Assembly: GCA_965602015.1 (NCBI GenBank)
Contig: OZ271918.1
Coordinates: 2,976,001 to 3,040,000 of the forward strand
From: Salinispira sp.
GTDB taxonomy: Bacteria; Spirochaetota; Spirochaetia; DSM-27196; Salinispiraceae
Direction of reading: 5' to 3'
Length of the DNA: 64,000 bases
The stretch's first letter is position 1. Every line of letters begins with the position of its first letter. The notes beneath the pieces are model-generated. The model was not told the DNA's origin. It did no database searches and was given only the letters and a program-made list of their open reading frames with translations. This document shows, piece after piece, positions 38,766 through 47,686 of this stretch. The position numbers and the translations under genes were made by a program.

Positions 38766-39992
38766 ATGAAAGATTTGCAAAAACGCATACGGAACCTGGC
38801 GGCGGCTTACTCGGCCGACGGCATTGAACTGCGAAGACAGCTTCACCGTCACCCCGAGCTCTCGTTTCACGAGTACGAAACGTCAAAATTCATCGCCACT
38901 ACTCTCGAAAACATGAACATCGCCTACCGGCGGATGACCGGCCCCGACGGAAACGGTACGGGTATAGTTGCGGACATCATCGGTCAGGCGGAGAAACCTC
39001 CGGGCATCTCCAAGGCGCCGGTCGTCGCCCTGAGGGCGGACATGGACGCCCTGCCGGTAAGCGAATTAAACGATATAGACTTTCGAAGCCGGAATCCCGG
39101 GGTGATGCACGCATGCGGGCATGATGTCCACACGGCGGTGCTGCTTAGCACCGCCCGTATTCTCAAGGAACTTGAGGAAGATTTCCACGGCAGTTTCCGC
39201 CTGATTTTTCAGCCTGGCGAGGAGAAAAGCCCCGGCGGCGCGATTCCCCTCATCGAACAGGGCGCCCTGGAAGGGGTTGACCGCATTCTCGGTGAACACA
39301 TAAATCCGGCCCTTCCCGCCGGCAGCGTGGGATTCCGTCCGGGGCTCATGATGGCCAGTGCGGACGAAATTTACCTGACCGTCAGGGGCGTAGGCGGACA
39401 TGCCGCCGGTCCGCACAAGCTGGTGGACCCGGTACTTATCGCCAGTCACATCATCGTCGCCCTCCAGCAGATTGTCAGCAGACGGGCGGATCCGGAAGTG
39501 CCGAGCGTGCTCAGCTTCGGGCGGGTAATCGCCGACGGTGCGATGAATGTAATTCCCGCGGCGGTTGAAGTGGCCGGCACCTTCCGGACAGTAGACGAAA
39601 CCTGGCGGGCGGAAGCCCTGCATACCCTGCGCGAGCTGTCGCAGACCCTCGCCCGCGGAATGGGCGGAAGCTGCGAGGTGGAGATCATCAACGGATATCC
39701 CGTGTTGGAAAATGATCCGGCTCTGACAGCCCGCAGCCGGCAGGCCGCCGTTGCCTACCTCGGCGAGGACCGTATCCAGGACCTGCCCCTGGTAATGTGG
39801 GCCGAGGATTTTGCCTATTACAATCGAAAGGTTCCCGGGTGTTTCTACAACCTGGGTGTTGCCAACCTGGAACGGGGTTGGACCAGTCCCCTTCACAGTC
39901 CCACCCTCATGGTGGACGAGTCAGCAATTGAGACCGGAAGCGGTCTGATGGCCTATCTGGCGTTGAGTGAATTGCAGGCCCTTGTCAAATAA
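38766..39992 (+). CDS. M20D-family amidohydrolase
   Basis: LHRHPELS, RADMDALP, MHACGHD, FQPGEE, AEDF and HSP. Confidence 0.93.
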   Translation: MKDLQKRIRNLAAAYSADGIELRRQLHRHPELSFHEYETSKFIATTLENMNIAYRRMTGPDGNGTGIVADIIGQAEKPPGISKAPVVALRADMDALPVSELNDIDFRSRNPGVMHACGHDVHTAVLLSTARILKELEEDFHGSFRLIFQPGEEKSPGGAIPLIEQGALEGVDRILGEHINPALPAGSVGFRPGLMMASADEIYLTVRGVGGHAAGPHKLVDPVLIASHIIVALQQIVSRRADPEVPSVLSFGRVIADGAMNVIPAAVEVAGTFRTVDETWRAEALHTLRELSQTLARGMGGSCEVEIINGYPVLENDPALTARSRQAAVAYLGEDRIQDLPLVMWAEDFAYYNRKVPGCFYNLGVANLERGWTSPLHSPTLMVDESAIETGSGLMAYLALSELQALVK

Positions 39993-40006
39993 GGTACCCT
40001 GACCAG

Positions 40007-41707
40007 ATGTTCTCAAGTCCCGGAAGCCCCCTGATCATACAGGGCGATCAGACCATATTGTTAGACCTCCACGATCCCCTGGCCGATGAGGCCCGGAAGG
40101 CCATCGCTCCCTTCGCCGAGCTGGAAAAATCGCCGGAACACATGCACAGTTACCGGCTCAATCCCCTCTCGCTGTGGAATGCCGCGGCGGCGGGCTATGA
40201 CAGCTCCCGCATTATGGAAATCCTGGACGGTTACAGCCGTTATCCGGTTCCCCAATCAGTGGCGAGAAATATGACCGAGCTCATGGAGAGATTCGGAAAA
40301 ATCCGGCTGCTGCCCGCCGAGGATTCCGCCGGAAATGCCAACGGTCTCTACTTCCTGGAAGTACGGGATCAAAGGCTTTTTGCTATACTCGATAATCAGC
40401 GCTCAATAAAAAAGCTGGTAATTCCTGCGGAACATATGTCCAAGGCCCGGAGGGGATTTCTCATTCATCCGCTGCAACGGGGAAGCGTCAAACAGGAGCT
40501 CATTTCCCTGGGTTATCCCGTCGAAGACCTCATCCCCCTGAGAAGCGGAGAAAAAATAGAGATACCCCGGAGAGAGCAGACCCTGTCCGGCAAGGATTTC
40601 GAAATTCGGGATTATCAGCGCCAGGCCGCCGACTCCTTCCTGGGGAATCTTGAGGGCGGCACGGGCTACGGCACCGTGGTACTGCCGTGCGGCGGGGGAA
40701 AAACCATTGTCGGAATCGACGTAATGAGCAGGCTGAACACCCACACACTGATTCTCGCACCAAACGTTTCGGCGGTTCATCAATGGCGTCGGGAACTTCT
40801 GGATAAAACCAGTTTGACTGAGGACGATATCGGCGAGTACAGCGGGCAGCGAAAGGAAATCCGTCCGGTGACCATCGCCACCTACCAGATCCTGGTGTAC
40901 CGTCCCGAAGTCGACGGCGATTTTCCCCACTTCAACCTGGTAACCCGGGAAGCCTGGGGCCTTATCATCTACGACGAAGTCCATCTGCTGCCCGCCCCCA
41001 TATTCCGGGTCACGGCCGAAATCCAGGCGGTGCGGCGTCTGGGACTGACAGCGACCCTTGTGCGGGAAGACGGGAAGGAGGGAGAGGTGTTTTCCCTGGT
41101 CGGTCCAAAGCGCTTTGACGTTCCCTGGAAGGACCTGGAAAACCGGGGCTGGATTTCCGAGGCAATCTGCAAGGAAATCCGCACCGAACTCCCGGAGGAG
41201 CTCCAGGTCCCCTACGCCACCGCGGAAAAGCGGAAAAAGTACCGGCTGGCAAGTGAGAACCCCCGCAAGTATGATATCGTCGAATATCTCATTCACCACC
41301 ATCCCCAGGATCAAATCCTGGTAATCGGGCAGTACCTCGATCAGCTGCACCACATTCAGAAGCTCATCGGGGCGCCATTGATTACCGGTAAAACTCCAAA
41401 CAGCCTCAGGGACGAGCTCTACCAGCAGTTCAGAGACGGGGAGCAGCGGATTCTCATAGTCTCAAAAGTCGCCAACTTCGCAATTGATCTTCCCGACGCC
41501 TCGGTGGCAATTCAGGTCTCGGGAAGCTTCGGTTCGCGCCAGGAGGAAGCACAGAGGCTGGGAAGAATCCTCAGGCCGAAACAACATTCGGCGTATTTTT
41601 ACACCCTGATATCCCGCTATACGGTGGAGGAGGAATTCGGCATCAATCGTCAAAAATTCCTCGCAGAACAGGGATATGAGTATCTTCTTGAATTGTGGGG
41701 CGAGTAA
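40007..41707 (+). CDS. bacterial XPB/Ssl2/Rad25-family DNA helicase
   Basis: N-terminal FAELEKSPEHMHSY domain, VLPCGGGKT, DEVH, GLTAT and GSRQEEAQRLGRILRPK. Confidence 0.93.
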   Translation: MFSSPGSPLIIQGDQTILLDLHDPLADEARKAIAPFAELEKSPEHMHSYRLNPLSLWNAAAAGYDSSRIMEILDGYSRYPVPQSVARNMTELMERFGKIRLLPAEDSAGNANGLYFLEVRDQRLFAILDNQRSIKKLVIPAEHMSKARRGFLIHPLQRGSVKQELISLGYPVEDLIPLRSGEKIEIPRREQTLSGKDFEIRDYQRQAADSFLGNLEGGTGYGTVVLPCGGGKTIVGIDVMSRLNTHTLILAPNVSAVHQWRRELLDKTSLTEDDIGEYSGQRKEIRPVTIATYQILVYRPEVDGDFPHFNLVTREAWGLIIYDEVHLLPAPIFRVTAEIQAVRRLGLTATLVREDGKEGEVFSLVGPKRFDVPWKDLENRGWISEAICKEIRTELPEELQVPYATAEKRKKYRLASENPRKYDIVEYLIHHHPQDQILVIGQYLDQLHHIQKLIGAPLITGKTPNSLRDELYQQFRDGEQRILIVSKVANFAIDLPDASVAIQVSGSFGSRQEEAQRLGRILRPKQHSAYFYTLISRYTVEEEFGINRQKFLAEQGYEYLLELWGE

Positions 41708-41713
41708 GTTCGA

Positions 41714-43807
41714 ATGAAAGTACATGACCAGACCTGGCGATCCTTCCTCCTCACCCTTGATGACGACGTGTTTTTCGACGTCATCAGAAATTATCTCGGT
41801 CCAGTCAGCACGCCCTACAACAAGCACAAACTCCTCGAGCGATTGGTTCACTACCTGCAGCAGGAGAAAATCCGTAAAAAAATTCTGGGCAATTTGTCTC
41901 CGGAAGATGTGGAACTGCTGTCTTCGGTAGATCTCTTGAAGACCGACGACCTTCATCAGATTTTTATGTTCTTTGAGGGTAGCAGCTCGGCCGGGGAAAT
42001 ATATTCCCGACTTCTCAATCTTACCGACCGGCTGCTGATTTACCGATCGCCGGAAAGCGGAGTCCTGCTGGTGAACCCCCATCTTTCACAGGGACTGACT
42101 GCCGCCGGAATGGGCGGCTCCACACTGTTTCCTTCAACCCCCGCGCCGCCCCTTCGGATGGCCATTCCCTGGGTCAACGACCTGCTTATGCTGGGAAGTT
42201 TGTCCTTGCTGGTCGATGATGATAGCCTTTTAAAAGCCGACGGCACGATAAAAAAGCAGGCAGTAAAGAGATTCGAAGACATCTTTCCCCAGCTGAAGGA
42301 CGGTACCGAGTCTCCCGTCGAAATGATTGTCGATACCCTGAGAATTCTGGGGCTCATGGAACTGAATGATTCCGCCGTAAGCCTGCAACCGGAGGTCTGG
42401 GCCGACTGGGCCGATCTACCCATTGCGGACCGTCACTTTTTATACTGGGCCGCTGCCATCCGGAGCGTGCTGTCAGCCAGAGGAAGCCTGAATCAGAGCG
42501 GCGAGCGTTCCCGCTTTATTGAATTCCAGGAGATCAGCTCCGATGCGGCAATCCTCCGGCAGTTCCTTTCGAGCCTCGAATCCGGACGGGCATACCATCG
42601 GGAAACTCTGGTTCGCATGCTGCAGATTCAGTCGAACGGCAGAGGCATATTCCGGCGCACCGGAGCGGTTATCCGCCTCTGCGGCGAACTCGAACTGATT
42701 TCAGGCGGAGACAACTCCTACCAGCCGAATCCCGCTATCGCCGGGCTTCTGGATGCCGGCCTTTCCGAGCATCGGCCGGCGGGACCGGCGATAATTCTTC
42801 ACAGCGACTACCGGATTACCGTTCACCCCCACGGCGATTTTCGCCGCATGCTCATTCTCGCGTTTGCCGCGGAGATCAGGGAATTTGATCTGCTGTCAGT
42901 ATACGAGATCGGCAGAAGCAGCGTATTTCGGGCACTCGGCCTGGGAATTCCCGGAGCCGAGCTTCTCGACGCTATGGATCGACTCAGCGACCATCATAGC
43001 CCCCAAAACATCATGTTCAGCATAAAGAGCTGGATAGAAGAGTTCGAATCCGTCAGCGTCAGATCGGGCTATATGCTTCGCTGTACGGAGAAATCCCGGG
43101 CGGTAATTCACCTGGCGGCGCAGCACTGCCCGGACGCTGTGGTAATGTCCGATGATTCGGTGCTCTTTCCCCACCACGAATTATCGTGGGCCGACGAACT
43201 GGAAAAAAACGGCCTGCACATTCGTGCCCTGCTGCGTCTGGACAGCCGGAGGCACGAGGGCGGCGGCGGGCATTTTTCCACGCTGCCGCCTCTGGTTCCC
43301 CGTCACAGCAATGCACCGGCCTATGGTTCAGCCGTTGTTACCTCGTCGAAGCCGCTCTCCGAACCCGAAGTCCCGACAGGCGAAGCGATAAAACAATCGG
43401 AAAAAATAGACCGGAAATCCTTGCGAGCATTCATCGAAGACCTCGGCCTGTCGGAAGATATCGAGAAGGAACTGCTTTTGAGGGTGAACAACGGCCTCAT
43501 CCTCGAAGAACACCAGATCAATGCGGGAATCGTACGGCCCGATATCACCGAAGCCCGGGGCCTGAACTACACGGCGAAACTCCGCCTCATCGAGATGGCT
43601 CTGGACAAGCAGGATATCCTGGAATTCTTCCCGTCGGGACAGGAGCGGCCGTTGCTCTTAAAACCCGTGAAAATACACCGGAAGGCAGGGCGGAGCAGCG
43701 ATCTTCTCGAGGCAAAAAGCATCGCAGGTAATGAAGAGTTAACCATACCCATCGCCAAGGGCAGGCTTATCCGCCGCCTGAAAGGAAGTCTTTTTCACCG
43801 GGTGTGA
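41714..43807 (+). CDS. XPB-associated protein (helicase-associated/Tfb2-like domain, possible C-terminal WYL-like domain)
   Basis: The segment ILHSDYRI...FAAEI...YEIGRSSVFRALGLG...PQNI...IKSW resembles the XPB N-terminal domain. The gene is operonic with XPB. Confidence 0.65.
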   Translation: MKVHDQTWRSFLLTLDDDVFFDVIRNYLGPVSTPYNKHKLLERLVHYLQQEKIRKKILGNLSPEDVELLSSVDLLKTDDLHQIFMFFEGSSSAGEIYSRLLNLTDRLLIYRSPESGVLLVNPHLSQGLTAAGMGGSTLFPSTPAPPLRMAIPWVNDLLMLGSLSLLVDDDSLLKADGTIKKQAVKRFEDIFPQLKDGTESPVEMIVDTLRILGLMELNDSAVSLQPEVWADWADLPIADRHFLYWAAAIRSVLSARGSLNQSGERSRFIEFQEISSDAAILRQFLSSLESGRAYHRETLVRMLQIQSNGRGIFRRTGAVIRLCGELELISGGDNSYQPNPAIAGLLDAGLSEHRPAGPAIILHSDYRITVHPHGDFRRMLILAFAAEIREFDLLSVYEIGRSSVFRALGLGIPGAELLDAMDRLSDHHSPQNIMFSIKSWIEEFESVSVRSGYMLRCTEKSRAVIHLAAQHCPDAVVMSDDSVLFPHHELSWADELEKNGLHIRALLRLDSRRHEGGGGHFSTLPPLVPRHSNAPAYGSAVVTSSKPLSEPEVPTGEAIKQSEKIDRKSLRAFIEDLGLSEDIEKELLLRVNNGLILEEHQINAGIVRPDITEARGLNYTAKLRLIEMALDKQDILEFFPSGQERPLLLKPVKIHRKAGRSSDLLEAKSIAGNEELTIPIAKGRLIRRLKGSLFHRV

Positions 43808-43885
43808 TGTAGGTCAGGTAAGTTCGGTCGTGTGATGTAGGTCGCGTGATTGAAGTGGCGCGAGTTCGCATGCGTGATTCGCCCG
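43802..43885. repeat. degenerate 14-bp-period tandem repeat
   Basis: Units gtgtgatgtaggtc / aggtaagttcggtc / gtgtgatgtaggtc / gcgtgattgaagtg / gcgcgagttcgcat / gcgtgattcgcccg. Confidence 0.55.
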
Positions 43886-43947
43886 CCGCAATTCCCGCGA
43901 TAAAAACCCCATGCTGTGACTCGCTCGGAATGTTACCAGGGCGCAAA

Positions 43948-45492
43948 CTACAAGAGCGAGAGGAAATGTTCCGACTGTATGCGTGCCTGGGTAACAAACA
44001 TCTCCCAGCCGTTGATGGTTTTGCATCCCGATGCGGCGGCTCTGCGGATCAGCGGCGTAACCGGAGGCGTGTAAATTATGTCATATACGGTTTCGTCACC
44101 GGAAAAATCGTAAAAATGCAGGGGATCCTCCGAGTCCTTCCCCTCCATTCCAACGGAAGTGGTTTGAACAATTAGTGCGCGGTAGTCCCGAATCAGATCA
44201 AGTGCGGTGGAATCCAGGTCCGCCGACCGGATTTTTCCGGGGAAATGGCGGGAATACCCTTCGACGAGCTCCTGCCGCCTCTGCCTCGTACGATTGAGTA
44301 CCAGCACCTTAACACCCCGGCTGAGAAGCCCGTAGCAGATGGCCCGGGCGGCGCCTCCCGCACCGATAACCACCGCATGGGTGATGTCCCCGCCGTTGGA
44401 GGAAAGTTCGTTTTCGATTGGCGCAAGAAATCCCGGGACATCGCTGTTGTAGCCTTCCCAACTCGTGCTTCTGCGGATTATCGTGTTGCAGGCGCCGGTG
44501 AGTCGGCTGGCATCGTCTTCGGTCTTGAGCAGACGGCGAACGTTCTCCTTATGCGGAATGGTCACCGAGCAGCCGACGAGGTCGAGCTGTTCAGCCAGAA
44601 CAGGAAGCCACAACACATCATCCATCAAAAGGGGGATGTAGCGGGCATCGACATTCTTCCTGGAAAATTCAGCATTGTGGTACTCCGGACTCCGACTGTG
44701 ATCCACGGGATTCCCGACGATGGCGAAGATTTTTGTATCGGCGGAAATCGGCCTGCTCCGGTATTTTTCAAATAATTCCCGGCAATCAACCTGACCGGGC
44801 GCGACTCCGTTTCCCACGGCGGCATAACTCATACAGCTTCCGAGCTTTTCCGGCAAGATTCTGCTGGGAACCCCGTACTTTCCCATTCCCAATAAAATGA
44901 AGCGCCGGCCCGGATGAGCTTCGGCATAGTTCCTGCCGATTTGGAATATCCTTGCAAGATCGGAACTGTCGGCGGGCATAACGGCCAGTTTGGGTACCGC
45001 GCCTCCGGCGCCAAGACTGGCTAAGCGGCTTCCCAGATCGAGGGGACATTCGTGAAAAACATGGGATGATGCAATTTTCGTCAAACCGAGATCGGCAATG
45101 CGCTGAGAGAGGGCGGGCATGTCGGACTGAGATTCTATATCGATAGCCAGGACCCTTCTTATATTTTCCCAGTCCGGCATTCCCTCAAGGGCGAGGAGAA
45201 TTTCAAGGAAGATAGTCTGGGCAGTCTCCTCTTCCGCTCCGAAAATTCCACCGTCTTCCGGGCGGCGGAGGGTCAGGATAACAGAAAAATCGCCATCGTC
45301 CTGCAATTCAAGGGCTTTGGCAAGCTCGCCGTCCTGAAATACCTGCCCAAGGAAATCCGGAACCCGGTGCAGATCTGAAAGGAGATAATCGAGTCGCACC
45401 TCGAAGGCCGAATACGTGCCGGCATACTGGTGAAGAAACTGAAGGTTTGACCGGCAATCGGGTCCGGGAAGGGTCAGGCATATTCTGGACAT
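43948..45492 (-). CDS. bifunctional type I 3-dehydroquinate dehydratase / shikimate dehydrogenase (AroD-AroE fusion)
   Basis: AroD motifs EVRLD, TLR...DGG, SSH, PKLA, MGKYG..SR and APGQ. AroE motifs GNPVDHSRSP, SVTIPHK, NT, YNSD, GAGGAA and YDIIYTP. Confidence 0.9.
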   Translation of the reverse strand: MSRICLTLPGPDCRSNLQFLHQYAGTYSAFEVRLDYLLSDLHRVPDFLGQVFQDGELAKALELQDDGDFSVILTLRRPEDGGIFGAEEETAQTIFLEILLALEGMPDWENIRRVLAIDIESQSDMPALSQRIADLGLTKIASSHVFHECPLDLGSRLASLGAGGAVPKLAVMPADSSDLARIFQIGRNYAEAHPGRRFILLGMGKYGVPSRILPEKLGSCMSYAAVGNGVAPGQVDCRELFEKYRSRPISADTKIFAIVGNPVDHSRSPEYHNAEFSRKNVDARYIPLLMDDVLWLPVLAEQLDLVGCSVTIPHKENVRRLLKTEDDASRLTGACNTIIRRSTSWEGYNSDVPGFLAPIENELSSNGGDITHAVVIGAGGAARAICYGLLSRGVKVLVLNRTRQRRQELVEGYSRHFPGKIRSADLDSTALDLIRDYRALIVQTTSVGMEGKDSEDPLHFYDFSGDETVYDIIYTPPVTPLIRRAAASGCKTINGWEMFVTQARIQSEHFLSLL

Positions 45493-45518
45493 TTTTTCTC
45501 CACGACGAATAATAGCAG

Positions 45519-46145
45519 TTAGAAGTCGCTTCGGTAAATATACATGTCCTGAAGAATGCCCTCGGAAAATACCAGACGAAGGCGGACCGGATAACCCCTA
45601 TCGTCGAGGTCGTAGTACAGATTGTCTTCTCCGATGTAATGGGCGGTGCCAAAAATACGCTGTACCTCTTCAACCCCCATACCGGGTCTTACGCCCCCGA
45701 TGTCCCCCTGGAAACGACGGTCGAAGCGAATCTGCCAGACCCTGTCCTGAAACCAGTAGAGGTAGCGGTAGTCGGGATAGAAAAAGACTACGTCATCCTG
45801 CCAATCCTGCTCGCCCCTGAGGGGATACAGACGCAGAGGCGGCCCGAAGATCTCGAAGACCTGGGGAATCATCAGTCCGATGTAATCCGCTTCACTGAGT
45901 GAAAGCGGCGGGCTCAGGAAGGCTCCGTCGGCACCGAGAACGGGACGTGCAGCCATATCGGGAAACCGGTCCTGGGCTTCTATCGCGGCGTTTCCCGGGG
46001 CAATATAAAGAAGGAAAAGAAGCAGATATATGCCTCGAGAGGCGCTAACGGGTCGAATAATCGTTGCTTTCCAAAATTTTTGCGAATTCCTCGCCGGTAA
46101 TCGGCGCGGCGTAATAATATCCCTGAATATAGTGCACCCCTTCAT
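45519..46145 (-). CDS. conserved hypothetical protein (start uncertain)
   Basis: Protein-like C-terminal half (FGPP...RGEQDWQDDVVFFY...LYWFQDRVWQIRFD). The track start overlaps the EAL gene by 100 bp. Confidence 0.6.
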   Translation of the reverse strand: MKGCTIFRDIITPRRLPARNSQKFWKATIIRPVSASRGIYLLLFLLYIAPGNAAIEAQDRFPDMAARPVLGADGAFLSPPLSLSEADYIGLMIPQVFEIFGPPLRLYPLRGEQDWQDDVVFFYPDYRYLYWFQDRVWQIRFDRRFQGDIGGVRPGMGVEEVQRIFGTAHYIGEDNLYYDLDDRGYPVRLRLVFSEGILQDMYIYRSDF

Positions 46146-47541
46146 GAAATAGAAGATCCTTTTGTTCCTTTGTCTCTACACCTTCAGCCAGAATTTCGAG
46201 GCCGAGATTCCTGGCCAGCTCTATGATGCTGCGCACCACCAGCAAATTGCTTTCCTTTTCGGTCAGGTCGTCCACAAAGGACTTATCGATTTTCAGGGTA
46301 TTTATCGGCAGTTTCATCAGATAATTCAGTGAGGAATAGCCGCTGCCGAAATCATCAATCGCAATCCGGATTCCCCGGCTCCTGAACTGGTGGAGGATCT
46401 CAATCGATTCGGAGGGATCCTTCATGATCACTCCTTCGGTGATTTCGAGCTTGAGTTGAGACCCCTTCAGCCCCAGGGAATCCAGCATTCCGATGATACT
46501 GTCCACAAGGCCGGGTCGCCCGAACTGGACTGGTGAAAGGTTGACGGATACGTACTCCAGATCATAGCCGGCCTTGGTCCACTGCCTGAACTCAAGACAG
46601 GCCCGGTACAGTATCCATCTGCCGAGCATATCCATTTCGCCGTACTGCTCGGCCAGGCTGATAAAAAGGTCGGGCGACAAGAACCCGAGATGAGGATGAT
46701 TCCAGCGCACCAGAGTTTCGCAGCCGATGACATTCCCCTTGCCGTTGACGAAGGGCTGAAAACGCAGTTCGAAGCCCGCGAACCCGGAGTTACGGGCATT
46801 CCTCAACTCCCGTCGGACCTGCATCCGGTGGTGATGCTCATCGGCGAGGGCCTGCACAAACATGGCAACCCGGGTTTTAAAGCGAAGAGCCGTTGTGGTG
46901 GCAATTTCCAGGTTTTCGCTGAGATCGGCGTAGTTATCTCCGTGGAAGGGAAACACGCACATTCCCACATGACAGCTAAAATGGATTGATTCCCCTTCGC
47001 TCTGGATATGCGGCGTCGAAATAGTTGGAATAATAAAATCGGTGAACAATACCTCCGCCTGTTCAATATTCCTTACGTTCGGCAGGATGACCAGAAAATC
47101 CTCAAGCCGGTCGCCCTGATACAGATTATCCCGGAGCATTTCAATGTCGCTGAGAAGGGTGACAGTTTTGAAGGCCAGAATCTTTTTTACCTGCTCTGAA
47201 GAGATTTGAATAAAGGTTTCATCAAGCTTTATGTGCGCCACCGCGAATGGCTTCACCGGTTCGCTGCCGTCGGTTACAAACTGCTCGTGGCGCTTCTCGA
47301 TAAGACGCCCGAGGTCCTTCATGAACTCCCGTTGGAGTGGAAGCATGGTATCCTGGTTGAGGCGGGCAAGCCCCTCAAGCCGTCGGTTTTCGGCTTTTTC
47401 CGTTTCCAGCTCCTGACGGAGGCGGGCAATATCGGATTTCAAACGAAACACATCGCGCTTTACCTGTAGAAGCTCTTCTCTCAGGCCGTTCATGTCGGCA
47501 TCTTCGTTTTTGATAAAAGCGTCAATATTTTTCAGGTCCAC
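46045..47541 (-). CDS. c-di-GMP phosphodiesterase (coiled coil - degenerate GGDEF - EAL); start uncertain
   Basis: QP...ETLVRW, SVNLS, LEITE, DDFGSGYSSL, KIDKSF, AEGVE and QGYYY. The GGDEF site reads RLEDF. Confidence 0.88.
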   Translation of the reverse strand: MDLKNIDAFIKNEDADMNGLREELLQVKRDVFRLKSDIARLRQELETEKAENRRLEGLARLNQDTMLPLQREFMKDLGRLIEKRHEQFVTDGSEPVKPFAVAHIKLDETFIQISSEQVKKILAFKTVTLLSDIEMLRDNLYQGDRLEDFLVILPNVRNIEQAEVLFTDFIIPTISTPHIQSEGESIHFSCHVGMCVFPFHGDNYADLSENLEIATTTALRFKTRVAMFVQALADEHHHRMQVRRELRNARNSGFAGFELRFQPFVNGKGNVIGCETLVRWNHPHLGFLSPDLFISLAEQYGEMDMLGRWILYRACLEFRQWTKAGYDLEYVSVNLSPVQFGRPGLVDSIIGMLDSLGLKGSQLKLEITEGVIMKDPSESIEILHQFRSRGIRIAIDDFGSGYSSLNYLMKLPINTLKIDKSFVDDLTEKESNLLVVRSIIELARNLGLEILAEGVETKEQKDLLFHEGVHYIQGYYYAAPITGEEFAKILESNDYSTR

Positions 47542-47635
47542 TGCAGTATCAACCTCTGTCGCGGCGTCGTGCTTACTCAAGTGTAATCCGCTTTGAGAGG
47601 TTATTGCACCCTGGCCTGAAAAAAAAGTACTGTGC

Positions 47636-47664
47636 AAAAAAAAACGGCCGCCAATCGGCGGCCG
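47636..47664 (-). terminator. intrinsic terminator after the hydrogenase operon
   Basis: CGGCCGCC-GATT-GGCGGCCG-T9 on the minus strand. Confidence 0.9.
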
Positions 47665-47686
47665 GTGCATGGATTATGCTCAATTC

